Below are positions 16,669 to 24,756 of a stretch of 64,000 bases of DNA, in pieces (position 1 is the stretch's first letter; each line of letters starts with the position of its first letter). Both the position numbers and the translations under genes were made by a program. The notes under the pieces are model-generated. The model made no database searches and had not been told where the DNA came from. It was given only the letters and a program-made list of their open reading frames with translations. The stretch comes from an uncultured Chitinophagaceae bacterium. Its GTDB lineage: Bacteria > Planctomycetota > Planctomycetia > Pirellulales > UBA1268. The stretch covers positions 9,037 to 73,036 of the forward strand of contig CAZRKH010000091.1 of assembly GCA_964600785.1 (NCBI GenBank), given 5' to 3'.

Positions 16669-18519
16669 ATGCATGGCAGGTCCCAGCCCTCCACCCGCCG
16701 AGGGCGGCCGGTGATGGCAGCGGAGGGCCCGGCGGACCCGCCGCGGCCCGGCGACACGATCCGCGGGCCGCTGGCCTTCGGCCGCGAGACGCTCGAGTCG
16801 ATCGTGGTGGCCTTCACGCTGGCCCTCCTGTTTCGCTCGTTCGAGGCGGAGGCCTTCGTGATCCCCACCGGCTCGATGGCCCCCACACTCATGGGCCGCC
16901 ACAAGGATCTGGCCTGTGAAGCCTGCGGCTTTGAGGTGCAGGTCGGGGCCAGCCGCGAGGAGGACGACCAGTCGCAGTCGTGGCGGATGGAGCTTGGCCG
17001 GCTGGAGCGTGCCGCCGAGGGGCTCGAGCGTGCCGCCGATGACGACTCGCGGCCGCTTGACGTCCGCAGGCAGGCCCGCGAGAAGCTCGACGAGCTGCGG
17101 GCTCCGGGCGGCCCGCTCGACCGGCTCCGCACGCGGCTGGAGAAGAAGATGGTGCCGGTGGCCCGCTGCCCCAACTGCGGCTTCGAGACCCGCCTGCTGG
17201 AGCAGGACGGCGACGAGCTTGTCTACGACCCGCGGTTTCCCTCGTTCAGCGGCGACCGCATCCTCGTCAGCAAGATGGCCTACGACTTCGCCGAGCCCGA
17301 GCGGTTTGACGTGATCGTCTTCAAGTATCCCGAGGATGCGAAGATCAACTACATCAAACGGCTCGTGGGGCTGCCCGGCGAGACGATCTCGATCATCGAC
17401 GGTGATCTGTGGGTCAGCCGTGAAGGCGATCCCGAGCGGATCGTCCGCAAGCCGCCCGAAAAGCTCCTGGCGATGCTGCAGGTTGTCCACGACTCCCGCC
17501 ACCAGCCCCGGCAGCTCCGCGAGTCCGGCTGGCCGTCGCGGTGGACCGACTGGGCCGGTCCGGCCACCTGGCGGGTCCTCGGGAACGGATCTTTCGAGGT
17601 CGACTGCCGGCCCGGTGAGACCGCCACGCTTCGCTATCGACACCTCGTTGCCGACGAGGCTGTCTGGCGGAGGGTGGCCGACGGTGGCCGCATCGAGCAG
17701 GCTCCCGAGCCGCGGCTGATCGACGACTTCCAGCCCTACAACGCGATCCGCACGCGAAGCCACTGGGTGGGTGATCTGGCGGTGGAGTGTGAGCTCGAGG
17801 TCTCGGCGATCAGCGACAAGGCGGCCGCGGCTGTGCAGCTCGACCTGGTGGAGGGCGGGCTTCGGTATGCCTGTCGGATCGACCTGGCCAGCGGCGAGGC
17901 GACCCTCTCGATTCCGCGACAGCCGGGGGACCCCAATCCCGACGAGGGCCCTCCACGCGGCCGCACCGGCGTGCGGGGCAGCGGCCGTTGGCGGCTGCTT
18001 TTGGCCAACGTCGACGACCAGATCTCGCTGTTTGTCGACGGCAGTCCGGTCGCCTTCGATCGCTCCCGCGATTTCCAGCGGCAGGAGGATCCGGTCGAGC
18101 CCGAAACCTCGCCGCGGGAGCCGGGCGACGAAAGCCCCGGCGATCTCGCGCCGGCCGGTGTCACCGTTGCGGGGGCCGAGGCGACCATCCACCGGCTGCG
18201 GATGCTTCGTGACATCTTTTACATCGGCGCCTACGACCTGGGACGTCGGCCGGGCGAGCTTCTGGAGGACTCGCGGATCGACTACGACCTGGGGCCGGGT
18301 GAGTTCCTCGTGCTCGGCGACAACTCCGCGGCGAGCAAGGACAGCCGGCTCTGGGCGGAGGGCCATCATGTCGACCGTCATCTGCTTGTCGGCAGGGCCC
18401 TGCTGATCTTCTGGCCGCATCCCTGGCCGGCCTCCTGGGGCGTGACGGTGCCCATGGGCGGCTGGGAGTTGCGATTGCCTTTCTGGCCCAACTTCGCGAG
18501 GATGCGGCCGATCCGGTAA
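16669..18519 (+). CDS. lepB: signal peptidase I, long planctomycete-type form
   Basis: Catalytic boxes ..IPTGSMAPTL.. (Ser), ..GDRILVSK.., ..YIKRLVGLPGETI.. (Lys) and ..LVLGDNSAASKDSRLW.. are present. Large insertions give 616 aa. Confidence 0.85.
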   Translation: MHGRSQPSTRRGRPVMAAEGPADPPRPGDTIRGPLAFGRETLESIVVAFTLALLFRSFEAEAFVIPTGSMAPTLMGRHKDLACEACGFEVQVGASREEDDQSQSWRMELGRLERAAEGLERAADDDSRPLDVRRQAREKLDELRAPGGPLDRLRTRLEKKMVPVARCPNCGFETRLLEQDGDELVYDPRFPSFSGDRILVSKMAYDFAEPERFDVIVFKYPEDAKINYIKRLVGLPGETISIIDGDLWVSREGDPERIVRKPPEKLLAMLQVVHDSRHQPRQLRESGWPSRWTDWAGPATWRVLGNGSFEVDCRPGETATLRYRHLVADEAVWRRVADGGRIEQAPEPRLIDDFQPYNAIRTRSHWVGDLAVECELEVSAISDKAAAAVQLDLVEGGLRYACRIDLASGEATLSIPRQPGDPNPDEGPPRGRTGVRGSGRWRLLLANVDDQISLFVDGSPVAFDRSRDFQRQEDPVEPETSPREPGDESPGDLAPAGVTVAGAEATIHRLRMLRDIFYIGAYDLGRRPGELLEDSRIDYDLGPGEFLVLGDNSAASKDSRLWAEGHHVDRHLLVGRALLIFWPHPWPASWGVTVPMGGWELRLPFWPNFARMRPIR

Positions 18520-18595
18520 GTCAGGCCACACGGCCTGCGGGCGAGGCAGGGCAGCTGACTGCGGGGCCCGCAAGAGCCACCAGGGAAGGTGCAGG

Positions 18596-19342
18596 ATGTC
18601 GCTGTTGTGCGTGGAGGGCCTGGTCAAGATCTACGGCCGCCGGAGGGTGGTCGACGGGGTCGATTTCCACGTCGATCCCGGTGAGATCGTGGGCCTGCTG
18701 GGTCCCAACGGGGCGGGCAAGACGACCAGTTTCCGCATGACCTGCGGGATGGTGATCCCCGATGCCGGCCGGGTGCTGCTCGACGACAAGGAGATCACCG
18801 ATTGGCCGATGCATCGCCGGGCCCGGGACGGCGGCATGGGCTACCTGGCCCAGGAACAGAGCGTGTTCCGCAAGCTCACCGTCGAGCAGAATCTGCTGGC
18901 GATCATGGAACTCGTCGGCATGGACCGCCGCGAACGTCGCCGGCGGTGCGAGGAACTCCTCGAGCAGTTCGACATCACCAAGATCCGTCGCTCGATGGCC
19001 CAGACCTGCTCCGGCGGTGAGAAGCGACGGCTCGAGATCGCCCGCTGCCTGGTCACGGAGCCGCGAATCATCCTGCTCGACGAGCCGTTCACCGGCATCG
19101 ATCCGGTCACGATCCACTCAATCCAGAAGATCATCAAGGGCCTACGGGACGACGGGATCTCGATCCTGATCACCGATCACCGCGAGCGGGAGACGCTGGC
19201 GATCACCGACAGAAGCTACGTGATTCGTGCCGGATCGGTGCTCTGCCACGGCACGGCCGACGAAGTGCTCAACAACCCCGACGCCAAGAAGTATTACTTC
19301 GGCGAGAGCCCCGGCGGCAGCCCCGCCGAAGAGGCTGCCTAG
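18596..19342 (+). CDS. lptB: LPS export ABC transporter ATP-binding protein LptB
   Basis: Walker A GPNGAGKTT, signature SGGEKRRLEIARCL, Walker B ILLDEP and the LptB-typical ..MGYLAQEQSVFRKLTVEQNL... 248 aa. Confidence 0.9.
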   Translation: MSLLCVEGLVKIYGRRRVVDGVDFHVDPGEIVGLLGPNGAGKTTSFRMTCGMVIPDAGRVLLDDKEITDWPMHRRARDGGMGYLAQEQSVFRKLTVEQNLLAIMELVGMDRRERRRRCEELLEQFDITKIRRSMAQTCSGGEKRRLEIARCLVTEPRIILLDEPFTGIDPVTIHSIQKIIKGLRDDGISILITDHRERETLAITDRSYVIRAGSVLCHGTADEVLNNPDAKKYYFGESPGGSPAEEAA

Positions 19343-19495
19343 CAGACCGTGGAACACGGGAACACGTCTGCCGCCGCAGGATGCGGCGACAAGCGACCCC
19401 CAAAAACCTCGGCTTTTCGGGGAGTCGCTCAGGTGGGCTTTGTTCGCCCGCGTCCGCGGGCAGGGGGGGCCATGGGCCATGGAAGGCTTTTTCCA
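19343..19495 (-). repeat. dispersed intergenic repeat family A, full copy (inverted orientation)
   Basis: Starts immediately after (and shares) the lptB TAG stop: cTAGcagaccgtggaacac...ccccaaaaacctcggcttttcgggg...ggctttttccag. It fills the convergent gap to the ClC gene stop at 19526. Confidence 0.85.
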
Positions 19496-19525
19496 GGTGC
19501 AGGATCTGCTTGCGGCGCAACCAGC

Positions 19526-21391
19526 CTACCGGGTGGGAGTTCCCCGAGAGGCGGCACGCTGCTTCTCGTGGTCGAGGCGGCGGCGGTTGTAGGCTGCGAT
19601 CACCTCCTTGCGGCGGAGCACGCCAAGCAGTTTGCCCCGGTCATCCGGATCGACCACCGGCAGTTCATCGACGTTGAGGGAGGTGAACTTGCCGAGGGCC
19701 GTGTTGAGGTCATCGCCCGGGCGGACGGTGACCACCCGGCTCTTCATCACGTCACGGGCGTTGGCGATCTTCCAGATTGTGTCGTTGTAGAGGTAGCCGC
19801 GGACATCCTCCGAGGAGAAGATTCCGATCATCTTTCCGCCCGCGTCGACGACCGGGAAATACCGCTGGGTCGATTCGGCCAGAGCGTGCACGATGCCCTC
19901 GAGGGTGGTGCCCTCGTGGACCAGCTTCAGCGGCCGATCCTTGCGGTAGACATCCTCCACGTGGATTCCCTCGAGCACGTCGACGAAGAAGTCGCCCCGG
20001 TGGGCCGGAGAGTCGAGCCGGGTCGGCACCTGCTTGATGTAAAGCGTTCGCCGCCGACCGAGCAGGAAGGTCAGCGTGGAGACCCAGAGCGTCGGCAGCA
20101 GGAGCCCGTAGCCGCCGGTCATCTCGCTGACCATCAGGACCGTCGAGAGCGGGGCCCGGGCACAGCCGGAGAAGAAGCCGGCCATGCCCACGATCGCGAA
20201 GGCCTGCGGCTGCCGCACAAGCTCGGGCCACCAGTGGTGGAACGTCTGGTCCACCGCCGATCCGAGGCAGCCGCCGATCACCATCGACGGGCCGAAGACG
20301 CCGCCGGATCCACCGGAGCTGATTGTCAGCGAGGTGGTCAGAATCTTGACCATCGCCACGGCCACCAGCAGCGGCACGGCCACGTCGACCGAAGTGCCGA
20401 GGGTCTTTTGGAGCATGCCGTAGCCGCTGCCGAGCACGGCCAGGGCGTCGGTCTGCCGCCCGAAGCCGTGATACATGCCCAGGCCCACCAGGCCGGCCAG
20501 GGCCGCCCCGATCATCGGCCGCAGATGGGGCACCACCGGCAGCCGCTTGAAGAGATCGTGCATGCCGTAGAAGGTGCGGATGTAGAGCATGCCGGCGAGC
20601 ACCAGCACGATCGCCATCGCGCCGTAGGGGAGCAGTTCCAGCGGTGAGCCGACCTCGTAGGCCACGTGGCGGCCGAAGAGCGGCGTGAAACGCAATGAGG
20701 GGGGCAGCCAGAGGCAGAACACCGAGTAGGCGATTGCCGAGGCCATCGCCGCGGGCACGATCGCATCGCTCTCGAGATCGGCATCGCGGTAGAGAATCTC
20801 ACCGGCAAACACGGCCCCCGCCAGCGGCGCCCGGAAGATCGCGCCGACCCCGGCGCCCATGCCCGCGGCGAGCATGATCCGCCGGTCGCGGGCCGGCAGT
20901 CGCAGCAGTCCGCCGAGAAAGGATCCAAAGCCGGCACCGATCTGCGCGATCGGGCCCTCGCGGCCGGCTGAGCCGCCCGTGCCGAGGGTGATCGCCGAGG
21001 CGAGCGTTTTGACCAGCGGGATTCGGCCGCGGATCTCGCCGCGACGGTTGTGGAAGGCGTCGATCGCCGCGTCGGTGCCGTGCCCCTCCGCCTCCGGGGC
21101 GAGCGTGTAGACCAGCAGTCCGGAAGCGAGCCTGCCGGCGGCGATCACCCCCACCAGCACCCAGGGCCGCAGATCACCTTCGACCGGCTCAAAGATCGCC
21201 CCCTCCGCGGCCGCCTCGGCCGGTTCGAAGTGGGCGAGCCGGGCGAGGGAAAGGTGCTGCACCACCTGGCCCATGAGATGGAAGCCGATTCCGCCAACCC
21301 CCGCCACGAGGCCGATCACGGCGGAGAGCACAAACCACTTTCCGGTGGAGCGAAGTTCAAACTCTCGAATCGCGGATAGAAAGTAGTTCAC
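19526..21391 (-). CDS. ClC-family chloride channel/antiporter with C-terminal tandem CBS domains
   Basis: Selectivity motifs GSAGREGP, GAGVGAIFRAP and GGSGGVFGPS. The C-terminal about 140 aa has a CBS-pair pattern. Confidence 0.9.
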   Translation of the reverse strand: MNYFLSAIREFELRSTGKWFVLSAVIGLVAGVGGIGFHLMGQVVQHLSLARLAHFEPAEAAAEGAIFEPVEGDLRPWVLVGVIAAGRLASGLLVYTLAPEAEGHGTDAAIDAFHNRRGEIRGRIPLVKTLASAITLGTGGSAGREGPIAQIGAGFGSFLGGLLRLPARDRRIMLAAGMGAGVGAIFRAPLAGAVFAGEILYRDADLESDAIVPAAMASAIAYSVFCLWLPPSLRFTPLFGRHVAYEVGSPLELLPYGAMAIVLVLAGMLYIRTFYGMHDLFKRLPVVPHLRPMIGAALAGLVGLGMYHGFGRQTDALAVLGSGYGMLQKTLGTSVDVAVPLLVAVAMVKILTTSLTISSGGSGGVFGPSMVIGGCLGSAVDQTFHHWWPELVRQPQAFAIVGMAGFFSGCARAPLSTVLMVSEMTGGYGLLLPTLWVSTLTFLLGRRRTLYIKQVPTRLDSPAHRGDFFVDVLEGIHVEDVYRKDRPLKLVHEGTTLEGIVHALAESTQRYFPVVDAGGKMIGIFSSEDVRGYLYNDTIWKIANARDVMKSRVVTVRPGDDLNTALGKFTSLNVDELPVVDPDDRGKLLGVLRRKEVIAAYNRRRLDHEKQRAASRGTPTR

Positions 21392-21460
21392 CGAAGAGGG
21401 CTGCGGGGGGCAGGGCTGCGGGATCGAATGCTCCCACTATAGCAACCGTCCCGGGCCGAC

Positions 21461-22285
21461 TCAGGCGGGGATGCCTGTGGCCGCGGCCATCCCGTCGACC
21501 CGCACCGCCGGCAGGGGCAGCGGGTCGCCGTGGCGGGTGTCGGAATCGGCATCGATAAAGCTGTCCATGCCGACCAGTTCGATCCGTCCGTCATCGTGTT
21601 CCACCAGTGCCGAGCAGTGTTCCACCCAGTCGCCGCAGTTGTAGTAGGCGACCCCGTCGATCTCGCGGACGGCCGGCACGTGGATGTGCCCGCAGACCAC
21701 GCCGCTGCAGTCCTGCTGCAGGGTGTATTTGGCCACGAAGTGCTCGAAATCGTTGATGAAGTTGACCGCCCGCTTGACCCGCTTTTTGAGCATCGAACTG
21801 AACGACCAGTAGGGATAACCTGCCCAACGACGGACCATGTTCATCCATGAATTGAGGTGCAGGGCGGCCGTGTAGGCCCGGTCACCGAGATGGTAGACCC
21901 AGGCCGCGTGCTTGGTGAGGTGGTCGAAGCAGTCGCCGTGGATCACCAGCAGTTTGCGGCCGTCGGCGGTGTTGTGAATGAACTGGTCGGCCAGTTCCAT
22001 GTGCCCGAAGGTATGCGGTGAGAAGCCACGGAGAAATTCGTCGTGGTTGCCGGTGGCGTAGAAAACCTTGGTGCCTCGCTTGAGCATCCCCAAGATTCGT
22101 CGGATCACGAAACTCGCCGTGTCGTTCCAGACGAAGTTCCGCTTCAGCTTCCAGCCGTCGATGATGTCGCCGACGAGGTAGAGGCGATCCGGCTCGACCC
22201 GGCCGAGAAACTCAAAAAGTTCCTCGGTCCGCGAGAAGCCGCAGCCGAGATGGACATCCGAGATGAAGAGCGTACGGACTCTCAT
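21461..22285 (-). CDS. LpxH-family UDP-2,3-diacylglucosamine diphosphatase (calcineurin-like metallophosphoesterase)
   Basis: MRVRTLFISDVHLG...LYLVGDIIDGW...ATGNHDEF...VIHGDCFD...GHIH are the metallophosphoesterase motifs in LpxH/YbbF arrangement. Confidence 0.8.
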   Translation of the reverse strand: MRVRTLFISDVHLGCGFSRTEELFEFLGRVEPDRLYLVGDIIDGWKLKRNFVWNDTASFVIRRILGMLKRGTKVFYATGNHDEFLRGFSPHTFGHMELADQFIHNTADGRKLLVIHGDCFDHLTKHAAWVYHLGDRAYTAALHLNSWMNMVRRWAGYPYWSFSSMLKKRVKRAVNFINDFEHFVAKYTLQQDCSGVVCGHIHVPAVREIDGVAYYNCGDWVEHCSALVEHDDGRIELVGMDSFIDADSDTRHGDPLPLPAVRVDGMAAATGIPA

Positions 22286-22433
22286 GGCTTCCGCCTCCGT
22301 GCGGTCCCCGGGGTCGAGATTCCCTTGTCACGTGTTGCTAAAACCAGAACATCTCGAGAGTACCTTCCACGCAACGGCAGGACAGCGCGGGATTGGTGTG
22401 AGAATTCGATGAGCAGCCGGCCTCGAGGACGGC

Positions 22434-22730
22434 TCAGCCCTCGTCGGCCGCGGATTTTCCGCTCGAGGGGGCCATCGAGAGGCTCTTGAGGGTCACCACC
22501 GCTCCGACCGACATCAGCGCCAGGCCGAGCCAGCGTGGTGGCTGGACGACCTTGCGGCTGGCAACGGTCGGCCAGGGGCCCGGCCGGGTCGCCCCGCCTT
22601 CACCCATCTGCGCCGCGATGAAGCGGCTGGACCGTTCCGAGAGCGTGAAGGACTGCACCAGACGGAACTGGATGCCCAAAAAGAACAGCAGCAGCCCGAC
22701 GAGCAGGAAGTGATTCCGCTTGAGCTGCAT
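22434..22730 (-). CDS. small membrane protein (98 aa), unknown function
   Basis: ATG at 22730. Two predicted TM helices (NHFLLVGLLLFFLGIQF and WLGLALMSVGAVVTL). The upstream 314 aa of track ORF 22434..23672 is an Arg/Gly/Pro-rich artefact. Confidence 0.45.
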   Translation of the reverse strand: MQLKRNHFLLVGLLLFFLGIQFRLVQSFTLSERSSRFIAAQMGEGGATRPGPWPTVASRKVVQPPRWLGLALMSVGAVVTLKSLSMAPSSGKSAADEG

Positions 22731-23045
22731 CCTGATCCTCGTACAAATTCCTGACCGCAGATATCCCTCGGGAAAATCGTCCTCCCGGGGCCGGGCCGTC
22801 CAACGCCCGACGGACGCGACGGTTTTTCCGCAGGCAACGGCCAGGCGGGCAGGATCGCCCGCTCTCCTCGGCCGCCGAAGAAGGCGAGAACGTGGGAGCC
22901 TGGCAAACTGGGCAGGCTGCACGTGACGGTTCCGGAAATTTCTGGGGTAACGGTTGTTCCGGTGCCGATGATTCCGCCGTCGCCCTGTGGTGTCAGCCAA
23001 GGGCGGAAGGACCGTTCCTCGTTGCCAGCCCGAGCCGTAGCCTCG

Positions 23046-24590
23046 ATGCCCGACCGACATCGCTCCATCGAATTCGAACAATCCGCCCCCGCAGCACGTG
23101 GGCGGGGGCGGCTTGCCGGCAGTCTGCTGGCGGCCCTGGGCGGGTCGCTGGCATGGCTGACCTGTCTGGTGGCTGCCGCGGGGGACGTTGGCGAAGTGGC
23201 GACCGATTCCTCCACCGTGCCGATCGTGCCCTTTCGCGAGTTCGACCGGGGTGACCCGGCGACCCCGGTGGTCACGGCGGGACCCATCTTTGCCGACGAG
23301 CGGGCCATCGCCGAGAAGGGCCCGGTGTTTCCCGACATGTCGGTAGGCGAGCCGGCCATGCCGGCGGACACCGCAGCCGGACAGCCGGTTCGGCAGGCCT
23401 CCCACACGGTTGAGATTGTCGAGGAAGTTCGGTCGGCCCTCGTTGCCGATGAAGCCCACGACAGCGGACGGATCATCGTGGAAAACGCCGCCGAGGCCGC
23501 GGAGCCGTTGCCGGCCCCGATCCGGGATGTCTCGGCCGAGGCCGCCGAGGCGATGCAGCTCGACGAATCGTGGCTTGACGAGATGCCCGTTCCGCTGAGT
23601 TCGGGTGCCTGGTTCGGCAGCGGATACTGGTATGCCTCGGGTGAGTCGCTGTGGCTCGAGCGGAGTCGTCAATATCGAGTGAAGGTCAGCGAGGACCTCG
23701 CCAATGTCGACTTGCAGTATTTCTCGGCGGTCAAGCCCTTCGGCGTGGCCCCGGGGGCCCGGGCCACGATCGGCCGCTCGCTGGGCCGCGACTATCTCAA
23801 CCGCGACCGCTACTTCGAGTTCACCTACTACGGCGGGATGACCTACGAGGCCACCGACGGCTGGAACAGCCTGGTCCCCAACAGCCTCGTTTCGCCCCTC
23901 GGCCCGCTCGTGCCCGGCTTCAACGGGGCCGACTCGCAGGACAACTCACTCAATTCCGACTTCAACAGCTACGAGTGGAACTTCAAGCTTCGCCGCCGGC
24001 TCGGCCGCGACCAGGCAGTCCTGCTTCCCAACGGCGACTGGGCCAAGCATGCCGAGCGGGGCTTCCTGCCGGCGATCATGGTCGGGGTTCGGCTGGCCAG
24101 CATCGACGAGGATTTCAGCTACACCAGCCGACGCAATGGCGTCGACCCCTCGCTCTTCGGTGGCGACTACGTGGTCAACACCGAGAACTGGCTGTTGGGC
24201 ATGAACTTCGGCGGCGAGCTGATCAGTCAGAACGAGTTCTTCTATTGGGGCCTGCGGGGCCGTGGGGCTCCCTGCCTCGCCTTCAACTCCAACAACCAGA
24301 CCGCCGTCGGCGTCAACGTGGTCGACCCCGACTTCGTGGAGGGCACGGTCAACCGCGGCTCCTCCGCCACCCAGACCGGCCCGGGATTCATCGGTGATCT
24401 CTCGCTGCTTGCCGGCTGGAACATCACCCCCAATTTCTCGCTCAAAGCGGGCTATGAGTTTCTCTGGGTGGCGGGCATCGCCACCGCCACGCGGCAGTTC
24501 AACCTCGACAACCGCCGGGATAACCCGATCGACGGCGGTGGTCAGATCTTCTACCAGGGCCTCTCGTTCGGCTTCGAGGGCTCCTGGTAG
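23046..24590 (+). CDS. planctomycete outer-membrane beta-barrel protein (BBP7-like)
   Basis: ATG at 23046 gives a signal-like ..LAGSLLAALGGSLAWLTCLVAAAG. It has alternating aromatic/Gly beta-strand patterns, ..NFSLKAGYEFLWVAGIA.. and a terminal ..GLSFGFEGSW (aromatic C-terminus typical of OMP barrels). Confidence 0.55.
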   Translation: MPDRHRSIEFEQSAPAARGRGRLAGSLLAALGGSLAWLTCLVAAAGDVGEVATDSSTVPIVPFREFDRGDPATPVVTAGPIFADERAIAEKGPVFPDMSVGEPAMPADTAAGQPVRQASHTVEIVEEVRSALVADEAHDSGRIIVENAAEAAEPLPAPIRDVSAEAAEAMQLDESWLDEMPVPLSSGAWFGSGYWYASGESLWLERSRQYRVKVSEDLANVDLQYFSAVKPFGVAPGARATIGRSLGRDYLNRDRYFEFTYYGGMTYEATDGWNSLVPNSLVSPLGPLVPGFNGADSQDNSLNSDFNSYEWNFKLRRRLGRDQAVLLPNGDWAKHAERGFLPAIMVGVRLASIDEDFSYTSRRNGVDPSLFGGDYVVNTENWLLGMNFGGELISQNEFFYWGLRGRGAPCLAFNSNNQTAVGVNVVDPDFVEGTVNRGSSATQTGPGFIGDLSLLAGWNITPNFSLKAGYEFLWVAGIATATRQFNLDNRRDNPIDGGGQIFYQGLSFGFEGSW

Positions 24591-24756
24591 GTCGCCGATC
24601 GCGTCCTGCGGCGGCAGACGTGTTCCACGGTCTGCTATCTGCACGTGGAAAAAGCCCTCCGTGGCCTTTTTCCACTTGAGCGACTCCCCAAAAAGCCGAG
24701 GTTTTTGGGGGTCGCCGATCGCGTCCTGCGGCGGCAGACGTGTTCCACGGTCTGCT
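24591..24756 (+). repeat. repeat family A: composite copy (46-bp arm + complete element)
   Basis: gtcgccgatcgcgtcctgcggcggcagacgtgttccacggtctgcta occurs twice (24591-24636 and 24711-24756). The two copies flank the hairpins GTGGAAAAAG-N11-CTTTTTCCAC and CCCCAAAAA-gccgagg-TTTTTGGGG (24686-24710). The element abuts the stop of the + gene (24588-24590) and provides the TAG stop of the - gene (24755-24757). Confidence 0.9.

Noticed and set aside
14642-18627. Long minus-strand ORFs 14642..16480 (612 aa) and 16504..18627 (707 aa)
   Set aside because: They are antisense to the OppC-like permease, the EF-hand lipoprotein and lepB. Their composition is low-complexity Arg/Pro/Ser/Gly. The plus-strand genes have clear family motifs.
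24591-24756. 46-bp perfect direct repeat as possible attL/attR or target-site duplication of an inserted element
   Set aside because: The repeats are themselves the conserved distal arm of repeat family A, which also occurs at 1853 and 19343. They enclose only about 74 bp with no cargo.
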